A stretch of DNA of 41,379 nucleotides, filler included, from Squalus acanthias (taxonomy: Eukaryota), in the NCBI GenBank assembly GCA_030390025.1. It is 2 parts of 2 records of this genome, joined end to end, with 100 filler letters (N's around TTAATTAATTAA, not from the genome) between each part and the next. Parts side by side here need not be neighbours in the genome. Positions count along the whole stretch, not along the records: positions 1 to 13,806 come from JASTWF010002949.1; positions 13,907 to 41,379 come from JASTWF010000148.1. One strand, 5' to 3'. A program made the position numbers and the translations under genes. Of this stretch, positions 12,641 to 23,708 are shown piece by piece. The first letter of the stretch is position 1. The number at the start of each line of letters is the position of its first letter. The notes beneath the pieces were generated by a model. The model searched no databases. It was not told the origin of the DNA and was given only the letters and a program-made list of their open reading frames with translations.

Positions 12641-13300
12641 TACCCTGCCCAGTCCCAGACTGACAGCTCAGCACTGACCCCCGGACCCTGCCCAGTCCCA
12701 GACTGACAGCTCAGCACTGACCCCCGGACCCTGCCCAGTCCCAGACTGACAGCTCAGCACTGACCCTCCCCCTGGACCCTGCCCTGTCCCAGACTGACAG
12801 CTCAGCACTGACCCTCCCCCGGACCGTGCCCTGTCCCAGACTGACAGCTCAGCACTGACCCGCCCCCCGGACCCTGCCCTGTCCCAGACTGACAGCTCAG
12901 CACTGACCCCCCGCCCCGGACCCTGCCCTGTCCCAGACTGACAGCTCAGCACTGACCCTCCGGACCGTGCCCTGTCCCAGACTGACAGCTCAGCACTGAC
13001 CCCCCCCCCGCCCCCGGACCCTGCCCTGTCCCGGACTGACAGCTCAGCACTGACCCCCCGCCCCGGACCCTGCCCTGTCCCAGACTGACAGCTCAGCACT
13101 GACCCTCCGGACCGTGCCCTGTCCCAGACTGACAGCTCAGCACTGACCCCCCCCCCCGCCCCCGGACCCTGCCCTGTCCCGGACTGACAGCTCAGCACTG
13201 ACCCTCCCCCGGACCGTGCCCTGTCCCAGACTGACAGCTCAGCACTGACCCCCCGGACCCTGCCCTGTCCCAGACTGACAGCTCAGCACTGACCCTCCCC
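12641..13300. repeat. ~44-50-bp minisatellite (accctgccctgtcccagactgacagctcagcactgaccc...)n, about 14 copies
   Basis: Seen directly. Confidence 0.95.
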
Positions 13301-13351
13301 TTGTGGTCCTGTAGTGAGGCTGGATCCTCTCACAATGAAACACAATCTTAC

Positions 13352-13615
13352 CATAAAACACGACCACCTTCTCCTTCAGCCCGCTGTGCTCTACCTCACA
13401 GGAGAACTTGGCCTGGTCCTCGGGGTCAATCTCCGCCCATCTGTTGATCTGGTAGGTGCCGTCGTGATTGGGCAGGATCTCACTGGAATGGGTGTAATCG
13501 AGGGATTTCCCGTCTCTCCACAGAGTCACCTCGATGGCATGAGGGTAAAACCCAGTGGCAACACAGGAGAGCCGGTTAGAATTACCGGGACGGGTAAAGG
13601 ACACGACGGGGACAA
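13352..13615 (-). CDS. MHC class I heavy chain, alpha3 (C1-set Ig) exon
   Basis: (ct)n-cAG acceptor, GTAAG donor, 264 nt, phase 1-1. Translation VVPVVSFTRPGNSNRLSCVATGFYPHAIEVTLWRDG...ILPNHDGTYQINRW...FSCEVEHSGL has the class I C-x-x-x-GFYP, LPNxDGTYQ and CxVEH motifs. Confidence 0.95.
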
Positions 13616-13806
13616 CTGAGAGAGAGAGAGAGGTGTCAGCACAGGAACCTCGAGGGAAACCCCAACCTCACTCGCCAACTCAGTCACCCCTCAAGTCTCT
13701 CCCCACCCCCACTCTCAATCCCACACAACCCCTCACTCTCTCCCCCCTCACTCGCTCGCTCCCCCCCTCCCCCCCACTCGCTCCCCCCTCCCCCCCACTC
13801 GCTCCC

Positions 13807-13906
13807 NNNNNNNNNNNNNNNNNNNNNNNNNNNNNNNNNNNNNNNNNNNNTTAATTAATTAANNNNNNNNNNNNNNNNNNNNNNNNNNNNNNNNNNNNNN
13901 NNNNNN
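13807..13906. other. Artificial-looking assembly spacer: 44 N + TTAATTAATTAA + 44 N
   Basis: Exactly 100 bp and symmetric. The core encodes stop codons in all six frames. Confidence 0.92.
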
Positions 13907-14060
13907 GCCAATCGAAGCCCAATCTGTGGAAGAAACCTCAATGAGCATTAATTGTAGTTATTCAACATCCCTAGCAAGCTATTACCTGGAGCTTTACCCT
14001 CAGAGCCAGAACAAGGCTCCCACTTTCGTAATTCAGACACATTCCTTTGGAAAGGGTGAG
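13907..14060 (+). pseudogene. TCR alpha/delta V segment, 5' half (FR1 to CDR2), truncated by a CR1
   Basis: PIEAQSVEETSMSINCSYSTSLASYYLELYPQSQNKAPTFVIQTHSFGKGE is collinear with the V at 40404-40698. It is not in the ORF track. Confidence 0.88.
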
Positions 14061-14766
14061 GGACCTGGGAGTTAATGTGCAAAGGTCCCTGAAGGTGGCG
14101 GGACATATTGAGAGAGTGGTTAGCAAAGCATATGGGATCTTGGGTTTCATAAATAGAGGTATTGAGTATAAAAGTAGAGAAGTTATGCTGAATATTTATA
14201 AAGCGCTGGTTAGGCCACAACTGGTGTATTGCGTCCAGTTCTGGTCACCACACTTTAGGAAGGATGTGAAGGCCCTTGAGAGGGTGCAGAGGAGATTTAC
14301 CAGAATGGTTCCAGGGATGGGGGATCTTAGCTACAAGGACAGGTTGAAGAAGCTGGATTTGTTTTCATTAGAGCAAAGGAGGTGGAGGGGTGATTTGATT
14401 GAGGTGTACAAGATTATGACGGGTTTGGATAGGCTAGACGGGGAAAGGCTGTTCCCACTAGTTGATGGTACAAGGATTAGGGGACACAGATTTAAGCTTT
14501 TGGGCAAGAGATTCAGGGGGATGTGAGGGAAAACTTTTTACGCAGCGAGTGATGAGGACCTGGAACTCGCTGCCGACGGAAGTGGCGGAAGCGGACACAT
14601 TCAATGTTTTCAAGGGGAGACTGGGTAGGCACTTGAGGGAAATAAACTTGCAGGGTTACGGGGATAGAGCGGGGGAATGGACTGACTGGATTGCTCTGCA
14701 GGGCCCCGGCACGGACTCGATGGGCCGAATGGCCTCCGTCTGTGCCGTTATGACTCTATGACTCTA
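14058..14766 (+). mobile_element. 5'-truncated CR1 LINE
   Basis: RDLGV...YKALVRPQL.YCVQFWSP...LERVQRRFTRM and an (ATGACTCT)n tail. Confidence 0.92.
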
Positions 14767-15610
14767 AGTTTTTTTTATTCGTTTATGAGATGTGGGCGTC
14801 GCTGGCAAGTCCAGCATTTATTGACCATCCCTAATTGCCCTTGAGAAGGTGGTGGTGAGCCGCCTTCTTGAACCGCTGCAGTCCTTGTGGTGAAGGTAAT
14901 CCCACAGTGCTGTTAGGTAGGGAGTTCCAGGATTTTGACCCAGCGACGATGAAGGATCGGCGATATACTTCTAAGTCAGGATGGTGTGTGACTTGGAGTG
15001 GAACTTGGAGGTGGTGGTGTTCCCATGCGCCTGCTGTCCTTCTCCTTCTAGGTGCAAGAGGTCGCGGGTTTGGGAGGTGCTGCCGAAGAAGCCTTGGCGA
15101 GTTGCTACAGTGCATCTTGTAGCTGGTGCACACTGCAGCCACGGTACGCCGGTGGTGGAGGGAGTGAATGTTTAAGGTGGTAGATGGGCTGCCAATCAAG
15201 CGGACTGCTTTGTCCTGGATGGTATCGAGCTTCTTGTGTCTTGTTGGAGCTGCACTCATCCAGGCAAGTTGAGAGTATTCCATCACACTCCTTACTTGTG
15301 CCTTGTAGATGGTAGAAAGGCTTTGGGGAGTCAGGAGGTGAGACACTCGCCGCAGAATATCCAGCCTCTGACCTGCTCTTGCAGCCAGGTATTTATGTGG
15401 CTGGTCCAGTTAAGTTTCTGGTCAATGGTGACACCCAGGATGTTGATAGTGTGGGATTCGGCGATGGTAATGTCGTTGAATGTCAAGGGGCGATGGTTAT
15501 ACTCTCGCTTGTTAGAGATATGATGTGGAGATGCCGGCGTTGGACTGGGGTGGACAAAAATGAGAAGTCGCACAACACCAGGTTATAGTCCAACAGATTT
15601 ATTTAATTTT

Positions 15611-15644
15611 ACAAGCTTTCGAAGCAGTTCGCTCCTTCGTCAGG
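15611..15644 (-). ncRNA. Minimal hammerhead ribozyme motif (inverted pseudo-LTR copy)
   Basis: Reverse complement of the motif at 17916-17949. Confidence 0.62.
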
Positions 15645-15853
15645 TAAGTTAGCAATGAGAGAATCTCCCAGAATTCACAATTTAAACCCAGACAAAATCT
15701 ATTCACATTATTCCCTACAACAAAGAGCACAGCCAAGACAATGAGATGTGTCCCAGGGGGTCCAACGTGTCAAACCACCTGCTGGCTGCATATCCTGTCA
15801 ATTTGTGTTCTTGTGTTAGTCTTTAAAAAAAAAAACACCTGGGAAGACCGGCC

Positions 15854-17692
15854 ATCCACGCACTCAAGACCAACTGCAACATCGTCATCAAACCAGCGGA
15901 CAAAGGAGGAGCCATCTTCATACAGAACAGAACGGACTATTGCAAAGAAGCATACCGACAACTGGACAACCAGGAACACTACAGACAGCTACCCGCAGAT
16001 CCGACCAAAGAACACACCCGCCAACTCAATAGACTGATCAAGACCTTCGATCCAGACCTTCAAAACATCCTACGCGCTCTCATCCCACGTACTCCCCGCG
16101 TAGGAGACTTTTACTGCCTCCCAAAGATACACAAAGCCAACACACCCGGACGTCCTATCGTATCAGGCAACGGAACCCTGTGTGAGAACCTCTCTGGGTA
16201 CGTCGAGGGCATCCTGAAACCCATCGTACAGGGAACCCCCAGCTTCTGTCGCGACACTACAGACTTCTTGCAGAAACTCAGCACCCATGGACCAGTTGAA
16301 CCAGGAACACTCCTCGTCACAATGGACGTATCGGCACTCTACACCAATATCCCCCACAATGACGGCATCGCTGCGACAGCCTCAGTACTCAACACCAACA
16401 ACAGCCAATCTCCGGACGCCATCCTACAACTCATCCGCTTCATCCTTGACCACAATGTCTTCACCTTCGACAACCATTTTTTCACCCAAACACACGGAAC
16501 AGCCATGGGGACCAAATTCGCACCCCAATACGCCAACATCTTCATGCACAAGTTCGAGCAAGACTTCTTCGCTGCACAGGACCTCCAACCAACGCTGTAC
16601 ACCAGATACATCGACGACATCTTCTTCCTTTGGACCCACGGCAAAGGATCACTGAAAGGACTACACGATAGCATCAACAGGTTCCATCCCACCATCAAAC
16701 TCACCATGGACTACTCCTCAGAATCGGTTTCATTCTTGGACACACGAATCTCCATCAAAGACGGACGCCTCAGCACTTCACTCTACCGCAAGCCCACGGA
16801 CAACCTCACGATGCTCCACTTCTCCAGCTTCCACCCTAACCACGTTAAAGAAGCCATCCCCTATGGACAAGCCCTGCGAATACACATGATCTGCTCAGAC
16901 GAGGAGGAACGCGATGGACACCTACGGACACTGAAAGACGCCCTCATAAGAACGGGATATGACGCTCGACTCGTCGATCGACAGTTCCGACGGGCCACAG
17001 CGAAAAACCGCATAGACCTCTTCAGAAGACGAACACGGGACACAACCAACAGAGTACCCTACGTCGTCCAGTACTTCCCCGGAGCGGAAAAACTACGCCA
17101 TGTTCTTCGCAGCCTTCAACATGTCATCGATGACGATGAACACCTTGCTAAGGCCATCCCCACGCCTCCACTACTCGCCTTCAAGCAGCCGCCTAACCTC
17201 AAAAGTACCATCGTTCGCAGCAGATTACCCATCTTTCAGGAGAACAGCAACCAAGACACCACACAACCCTGCCACGGCAACCTCTGCAAGACATGCCAAA
17301 TCATGGACACAGATACCATCATTACACGTGAGGACACTACCCACCAGGTACACGGTACATACTCATGTGACTCGGCCAACGTTGTCTACCTGATACGTTG
17401 CAGTAAAGGATGCTCCAGAGCATGGTACATCGGCGAGACCATGCAGACACTGAGACAACGTATGAACGGACACCGTGCAACAATCGCCAGGCAGGAGGGT
17501 TGCCTCCCAGTCGGGGAACACTTCAGCAGCCAGGGGCATTCAGCCTCGGATCTGCGGGTAAGCGTTCTCCAAGGCGGCCTTCGAGATACACGACAGCGCA
17601 AAATCATAGAGCAGAAACTGATAGCCAAGTTCCGCACTCATGAGGATGGCCTCAATCGCGATATCGGGTTCATGTCACGATACAGAACGTGA
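15854..17692 (+). CDS. Penelope RT + GIY-YIG endonuclease, 5'-truncated but uninterrupted (~612 codons, no start codon)
   Basis: The frame upstream of ORF 16268 stays open: IVIKPADKGG, YCLPKIHK, GRPIVS, then MDVSALYTNIP, GTAMGT, RYIDD, FLD, YRKPT, VVYLIRC, YIGET and GLN. Confidence 0.9.
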   Translation: MHALKTNCNIVIKPADKGGAIFIQNRTDYCKEAYRQLDNQEHYRQLPADPTKEHTRQLNRLIKTFDPDLQNILRALIPRTPRVGDFYCLPKIHKANTPGRPIVSGNGTLCENLSGYVEGILKPIVQGTPSFCRDTTDFLQKLSTHGPVEPGTLLVTMDVSALYTNIPHNDGIAATASVLNTNNSQSPDAILQLIRFILDHNVFTFDNHFFTQTHGTAMGTKFAPQYANIFMHKFEQDFFAAQDLQPTLYTRYIDDIFFLWTHGKGSLKGLHDSINRFHPTIKLTMDYSSESVSFLDTRISIKDGRLSTSLYRKPTDNLTMLHFSSFHPNHVKEAIPYGQALRIHMICSDEEERDGHLRTLKDALIRTGYDARLVDRQFRRATAKNRIDLFRRRTRDTTNRVPYVVQYFPGAEKLRHVLRSLQHVIDDDEHLAKAIPTPPLLAFKQPPNLKSTIVRSRLPIFQENSNQDTTQPCHGNLCKTCQIMDTDTIITREDTTHQVHGTYSCDSANVVYLIRCSKGCSRAWYIGETMQTLRQRMNGHRATIARQEGCLPVGEHFSSQGHSASDLRVSVLQGGLRDTRQRKIIEQKLIAKFRTHEDGLNRDIGFMSRYRT

Positions 17693-17915
17693 CTTGACAT
17701 CATGGCCGGTCTTCCCAGGTGTTTTTTTTTTTAAAAAGACTAACACAAGAACACAAATTGACAGGATATGCAGCCAGCAGGTGGTTTGACACGTTGAACC
17801 CCCTGGGACACATCTCATTTTCTTGGCTGTGCTCTTTGTTGTAGGGAATAATGTGAATAGATTTTGTCTGGGTTTAAATTGTGAATTCTGGGAGATTCTC
17901 TCATTGCTAACTTAC

Positions 17916-17949
17916 CTGACGAAGGAGCGAACTGCTTCGAAAGCTTGTA
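17916..17949 (+). ncRNA. Minimal hammerhead ribozyme motif in Penelope pseudo-LTR
   Basis: CTGACGA (17916-22), stem II GGAGC-gaact-GCTTC, GAAA (17939-42), palindromic AAGCTT stem III. Confidence 0.65.
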
Positions 17950-19111
17950 AAATTAAATAAATCTGTTGGACTATAACCTGGTGTTGTGCGACTTCTCATT
18001 TTTGTTAGAGATAGTCATTGCCTGGCACTTCTGCTGCGCGAATGTTACCTGCCACTTATCAGCCCAAGCCTGAACGTGGTCCAGGTCTTGTTGCATGCGG
18101 GCATGGACTGCTTCATTATCTGAGGAGTTGTGAATGGCACTCAACACAGTGCAGTCATCAGCGAACATCCCCATTTCTGACCTTATGTTGGAGGGAAGGT
18201 CATTGATGAAGCAGCTGAAGATGGTTGGGCCTTGGACACTGCCCTGAGGAACTCCTGCAGCGATGTCCTGGGACTCTGATGATTGACCTTCAATCGCCAC
18301 AACCATCTTCCTTTGTGCTAGTTATGACACCAGCCAGTGGAGCGTTTTCCCCCTGATTCCCAATATCTTCAGTTTTACTAGGGCTCCTTGATGCCACACT
18401 CGGTCAAATGCTGCCTTGATGTCAAGGGCAGTCACTCTCACCTCACCTCTGGAATTCAGCTCCTTTGTCCATGTTTGGGCCAAGGCTGTATTGAGGTCGG
18501 GAGCCGAGTGGTCCTGGCGATACCCAAACTGAGCATCAGTGAGCAGGTTATTGGTGAGCAAGTGCCGCTTGATAGCACTGTCGATGACTCCTTCCATCAC
18601 TTTGCTGATGATTGAGAGTTGACTGATGGGGCGGTAATTGGCCAGATTGGATTTGTCCTGCGTTTTGTGGATAGGACATACCTGGGCAGTTTTCCACATT
18701 GTCGGAAAGATCCAGTGTGGTAGCTGTACTGGAACAGCTTGGCTAGAGGCGTGGCTAGTTCTGGAGCACAAGTCTTCTGCACGATAACCGGTATGTTGTC
18801 AGGGCCCATAGTCTTTGCTGTATCCAGTGCGCTCAGCCGTTTCTTGATATCACGTGGAATGAATCGAATTGGCTGAAGACTGGCTTCTGTGATGGTGAGG
18901 ACCTCAGAAGGAGGCCGATATGGATCATCCACTCGACAGTTCAGGCTGAAGATGTTTGCAAACGCTTCAGCCTTGTCTTTTGCACTCACCTGATGGGCTC
19001 CACCATGATTGAGGATGGGGATATTCATGGAGCCTCCTCCCCCCGTTAGTTGTTTAATGGTCCACCACCATTCACGACTGGATGTGGCAGGACTGCCGAG
19101 CTTTGATCTGA

Positions 19112-19284
19112 GGGATAGAAACCGGAACCCCGACTTCACGGATCGATTTAATTCTACGTTTAATGAAACTGCTAAGATTACCGAGCTAACGATCGGCAAA
19201 GCCCTGATCTCCGACACCGCCGTGTATTTCTGTGCGATGAGCCCCACACTGCTGTAGAGAAAAAGCGGCTCCTGTACAAAAACC
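19112..19284 (+). pseudogene. TCR alpha/delta V segment, 3' half plus RSS
   Basis: RNPDFTDRFNSTFNETAKITELTIGKALISDTAVYFCAMSP, then CACACTG (19245-51), a 24-bp spacer and ACAAAAACC (19276-84). Confidence 0.88.
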
Positions 19285-19324
19285 CACACTGAGAGTTCCA
19301 GTTACTGCTCACCAGAGCGCGCTC

Positions 19325-20310
19325 TCCCTTCTTCTTCTTAGGCAGTCCCTGGGAACCGAGGATGACTTGCTTCCACATTAAAAATGAGTTCTCAGGTGAC
19401 TGATGAGTCCAATGCGGGACCTACAGTTTCTGTCACAGGTGGGGCAGACGGTGATTGAAGGGGCGGGTGGGTGGGGTGCTTGGGTTGACGTGCGCTCCTT
19501 GTGCTGCCTGCGCTTGGCTTCTGCTTGCTCCTGGTGAAGAGACTCGAGGTGTTCGGCGCCTTCCCGGATGCTTCTCCTCCACTTTGTGCGGTCTTGTGCC
19601 AGGGATTCCCAGGTGTCGGTGGGGATGTTACACTTTTTAAGGAGGCTTTGAGGGTGTCCTTGAAGCGTTTCCTCTGCCCACCTGGGGCTCTCTTGCCGTG
19701 CCGGAGCTCCGAGTAGAGCGCTTGTTTTGGGAGTCTCGTATCAGGCATGCGGACGATGTGGCCCGTCCATCGGAGCTGATCGAGCGTGGTCAAAGCTTCG
19801 ATGCTGGGGATGTTGGCCTGAGCGAGAACACTGACGTTGGTGCGCCTATCCTGCCAATGGACTTGCAGGATCTTGCGGTGGTACCTCTCCAGTGCTTTGA
19901 GGTGCCTGCTGTACATGGTCCATGTCTCTGAAGCAGACAGGAGGTTGGGTATCAATACTGCTCTGCAGACCATGAGCTTAGTGCCGGGTTTGAGATCCTG
20001 GTCTTCAAACACTCTCTTCCTCAGGTGACCGAAGCCTGCACTGGCACACTGAAGGCGGTGTTGGACTTCGTCATCGATGTCTGCCCTTGTTGACAGTAGG
20101 CTGCCGAGGTATGGAAAGTCGTCCACGTTGTCCAAGGCCTTGTCGTGGATTTTGATAATCGGGGGGCAGTATTGTGTGGCGGGGGCAGGTTGGTAGAGGA
20201 CCTTTGTCTGACGGATGTTTAGTGTAAGGCCCATGCTCTCGTACGCTTCGGTGAAGATGTTGACGATGGTTTGGAGTTCGACCTCTGACTGAGCGCAGAC
20301 CCAAGCGCAT
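19325..20310 (-). mobile_element. 5'-truncated RTE/BovB-clade LINE
   Basis: GLTLNIRQTKVLYQP, FPYLGS, QLRWTGHIVRMPDTRLPKQALY and GGQRKRFKDTLK motifs, plus a (GAA)n tail. Confidence 0.88.
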
Positions 20311-21434
20311 CTCACACCGATAAACAGAAGCGATAACTCAGCCTCCACAGTGAGAGTCACAGAGAGATTCTTAAAAGGGCAAAAACACAATACTCATCAT
20401 CAACAGGTGAACTCCACTGGCGGAATTATATTAGTTGGTGATTTGTACTCCTATTTATTATTTTAAAAATAATTTCACAAATCCATCTGTGGCGCCTTAC
20501 CTCCCCTTTTGGCTTTCGATGCCCTTTCTGTGCCTGCCTGTCCCTTCTCATATCTTGTCTCTACTCTTCACCCATAATCCTGCGAACTTCCTTCTTCCAG
20601 TCTTAAGTTTAACGATGAAAAACCTTTGCTGCTTCTCTGTACATTTATTCAGAACCGCTCCAACCCAGCTTCCCATAAACAGGAACTGCAGACAGGGCAG
20701 TGAATAAAAACAGGATTTCTCACACTGTCCACCGACATCTGAGCAGTTCTCAGAATATCCAACAGAGGGCGGCAGGTCTCAAAATTTCCTTTTGTGCATC
20801 ATACCCCGGGGCTTTGAGTTAAATGCTGATTCTCCAATAGTTGTGCAAATGTTGGAATGAATTGAAGATTAATATTTGAAATCCACTTGCCACAATGGGC
20901 TGGGTCGGTACATCGGGCAATAATCATCACAAAAAGACATACATGATATCAAAGGATTGATTTCTGATACTAAACAGTGGGCAGGACCAGTGAGTGGAAG
21001 GGTGTGGAAGATGGGGAAAGGAATATTAAAATGTGGATGAAAGACACCCTGTGATCTGATTTCTGAAGCCATTAACTGTACCGATGGTGGAGATCGATGT
21101 TAATGGGGCGAAAAACAAACCGGAACCGCCTGTATTTTGTTTGTTTTTCTGCGCCACGTCCTTTTCTGATATGAGTGAAAGTTGTGAGGAGTTTTTCACG
21201 CCCTGCTGATGTTGAGCTCTTGTTATCGAGGACCCGTCCTATCCCTCACCCTGGAGGTTTGAACCCGCTTCCGCGCTCTGCTCCCGGGAACTTAAAGCAG
21301 ATGAGCGGTAATTAGCTGGAAAGAGCCGATGCGCCACTCTCTCGATTCTCTCATTGAAAATCCAAAATTTGAAGATTATGGATCCCCAAATTAATCATTA
21401 CAGGCCCTAAGCAGGTCACACTCACCAGATATAA

Positions 21435-21866
21435 AGAAAGTAAGCCTTGCACTTACATTGCGCCTTTCACGACCTCGGGACGTCCCACGGCGCTTTACAG
21501 CCAATGAAGTACTTTTGAAGTGTAGTCACTTATTTAATGTCGTATGCGCAGCAACCAGTTGCGTACAGCAACCTCCCACAACAACAGCAATGTAATAATG
21601 ACCAGATAAGCTGTTTTAGTGATGTTGATTGAGGGATAAATGTTGGCCTAGACACCGGGGATAACTCCCCTACTCTTCTTTGAAATAGTGACACGGGATT
21701 TTTTACGTCCAGTTGAGAGAGCAGACTGGGCCTCGGTTTAACGTCTCATCCAACAGCCAGCACCTCGGACAGTGCAGCGCTCCCTCAGCACTGCACTGGA
21801 GTGTCAGCCTAGACTTGATCCCACAACCTTCTGACTCACTGGCGCGAGTGCCAGCACTGAGCCACA
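21435..21866 (-). mobile_element. tRNA-headed SINE (shark DeuSINE/SacSINE-like)
   Basis: Head gtggctcagtg, body shared with 36395-36813 and 38365-38823, CTTT tail. The family name is an inference. Confidence 0.8.
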
Positions 21867-22959
21867 CAAGACACAAGATAACAAGATAAGACATTTTCAC
21901 ACTCATTACCATTCTAAAAGCAGGATTTTTTATCAATTGGTATTTGCATCAACTGATGCTTACAGCGTAACTGCGGCATTGTCGTGTTTCAGCATAGCTC
22001 CCACAATATATCATGTTGATGTTAATTATGCTTCTCTCAAGGAGTTAATGGAATATACTGTGAGACTAAACACAAAGATCAATAACTTCAATATTAGCAG
22101 CAAATCCAATTCTCAAAGTAATCATTGCTCTGAGTGGGCCATCTTCGGTGCCCCATATGTCATTGCAAGTCCCATGACACAGTTCAGTGTTCTGAGCAAA
22201 AGGTGGCTAAAAGGTGTTATCGTTTCGGGTCAGCTCCCTGCTGAACTGTGCATCGGTCGGCAAGCAAAGGGTATTTGAAATGTGAGATAGGCAGTTGTAT
22301 TACGCAGAGCAGAACCAATGACCAATTTGTTAATAAACCTGGTGGATATTCGGAACCTGCGGCAGCCCATTCGGGGTGCAGAGGTCACGGTTCCAGGCTC
22401 TGTCAAACACCGCCATCTTTGTGTGACGTACAGTCGGCCATGATTATGTGACGTACTGTCGGCCATGATTCTGTGACATACAGGCCGTCTGTGGCCCTTT
22501 ACTCGCCATTTGTCCTTTGATGCCCTTTCGGTGCCTGCGTGCAATATTGTGTAGCCCTTTACACATTATCCCTGAAAGTTTTCCGGACCCTTTGATCGCG
22601 GCCTGTACACTAGGTTTAGTTGATCAGTGTATGTTGCTGGGTCAGAGACTGTTCTTACACAATGAACAGATGTCACAAGGTAGTGATTGTGTTCTTTAAA
22701 ACAAGCCACAAGCACAGAGTTCCCTCAGTGTCGATTCGCCTTCCGAGTGTCGCTTCATTCTCTGTCACTGCACCTGGAAACGCTGAATATTAGACACCTT
22801 GAAAGCAATCATTACTTAATTGAAACATAACTTTACAAACATAACCACAGAAGGGGACGGTGCATGAAGCATTTATTTAAATTACAGAGAGAGTTTATTA
22901 TTTATGTATATTGTGTGTATCTGCCTGTATATTGAAAATGGCCCTGGACTGTCTCATAT

Positions 22960-23165
22960 TGTAACCTGACACTCAGTTGCGGGACTGAGGGAGTGCTGCA
23001 GGGTCTGAGGCGCCGTCCTTCGATCAGAGGTTTAACCGAGGTCTCCAGTCCGTTCAGGGAGATGTTAAAGAATCCCCGGCACTATTGGAATAGGAGCGGG
23101 GGATTCTCCCGGTGTCCTGGGCCCACATTCCACCCTCAATAAACACCACCCAATAAAACCACATG
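22960..23165 (+). mobile_element. Degenerate partial copy of the same SINE
   Basis: actgagggagtgctgca...ttaaccgaggtc...gatgttaaagaatccc matches the SINE core. Confidence 0.6.
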
Positions 23166-23518
23166 AACCGACCTCCCAGCTTATTAATGTGGGGCAAAGG
23201 CGGGCGGCAGCCTCTGCCGACAGAACAACTCCCCCCTGTACAATGTGGGAGGGGCTTTCACATCGGGCTCAGAGACCCAATGAAGCGCCAGAAAACTGCA
23301 GGTTATTCTTTAAACCTGTCGCTTATTCACACAACTCACAGCCAGAGATCCGGGAACCGTGCGGCCCATCAGTGATCTCCGGGGCACCGCCCTGTGGAAA
23401 TCAACTCGACCCCCGAAAGTATTTCAGTCCAGGTCTGAGGTACAGTCTCCCAGAACAGTCCAGGGCTGCAGTCTCCAGCTCCCCGTCATATAAACCATCA
23501 GCTCCAGGCAGCAGAACG

Positions 23519-23561
23519 ATGGGAATCCTCCTTGTTTTCACCCTGTGTGTCTGTTTACCCC
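23519..23561 (+). CDS. Leader exon of the NAR-TCR-like V (MGILLVFTLCVCLP)
   Basis: ATG at 23519, hydrophobic peptide, phase-1 GTGAGT donor, 147-bp intron to the V exon. CGTCA-TATAAA lies just upstream (23484-23494). Confidence 0.88.
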
Positions 23562-23708
23562 GTGAGTACCGATCAAACAAACCGACATTGTGTGGATTTA
23601 ATATAAAGCTGCCCGGGTCCATCCGAATTGCGGACACTGTCTGGGTTTTAGCCCCGTTGTGTGGTTCGGCTCTGATGGCCCATTAAACTCTCTCTGTTTA
23701 ATTTCCAG

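Larger units (their letters stand above)
15521..18005 (+). mobile_element. Young Penelope-like element with an inverted pseudo-LTR at its 5' end
   Basis: 15554-15855 is a near-perfect reverse complement of 17702-18005. Target duplication TTGTTAGAGATA at 15509-15520 and 18002-18013. Confidence 0.93.
14768..19111 (-). mobile_element. 5'-truncated non-LTR retrotransposon (CR1-Zenon/Jockey-like RT, clade not determined), interrupted by the Penelope at 15521-18005
   Basis: ALDIKAAFDRVWH, AGVPQGS..GP, FADD and YKAQVRSVMEYS motifs. Same family as 26308-29090. Confidence 0.88.

Noticed and set aside
20346-20387. CACAGTG ... GCAAAAACA as an RSS
   Set aside because: The spacer is 26 bp (14 bp from the alternative CACAGAG), and no coding segment is attached.
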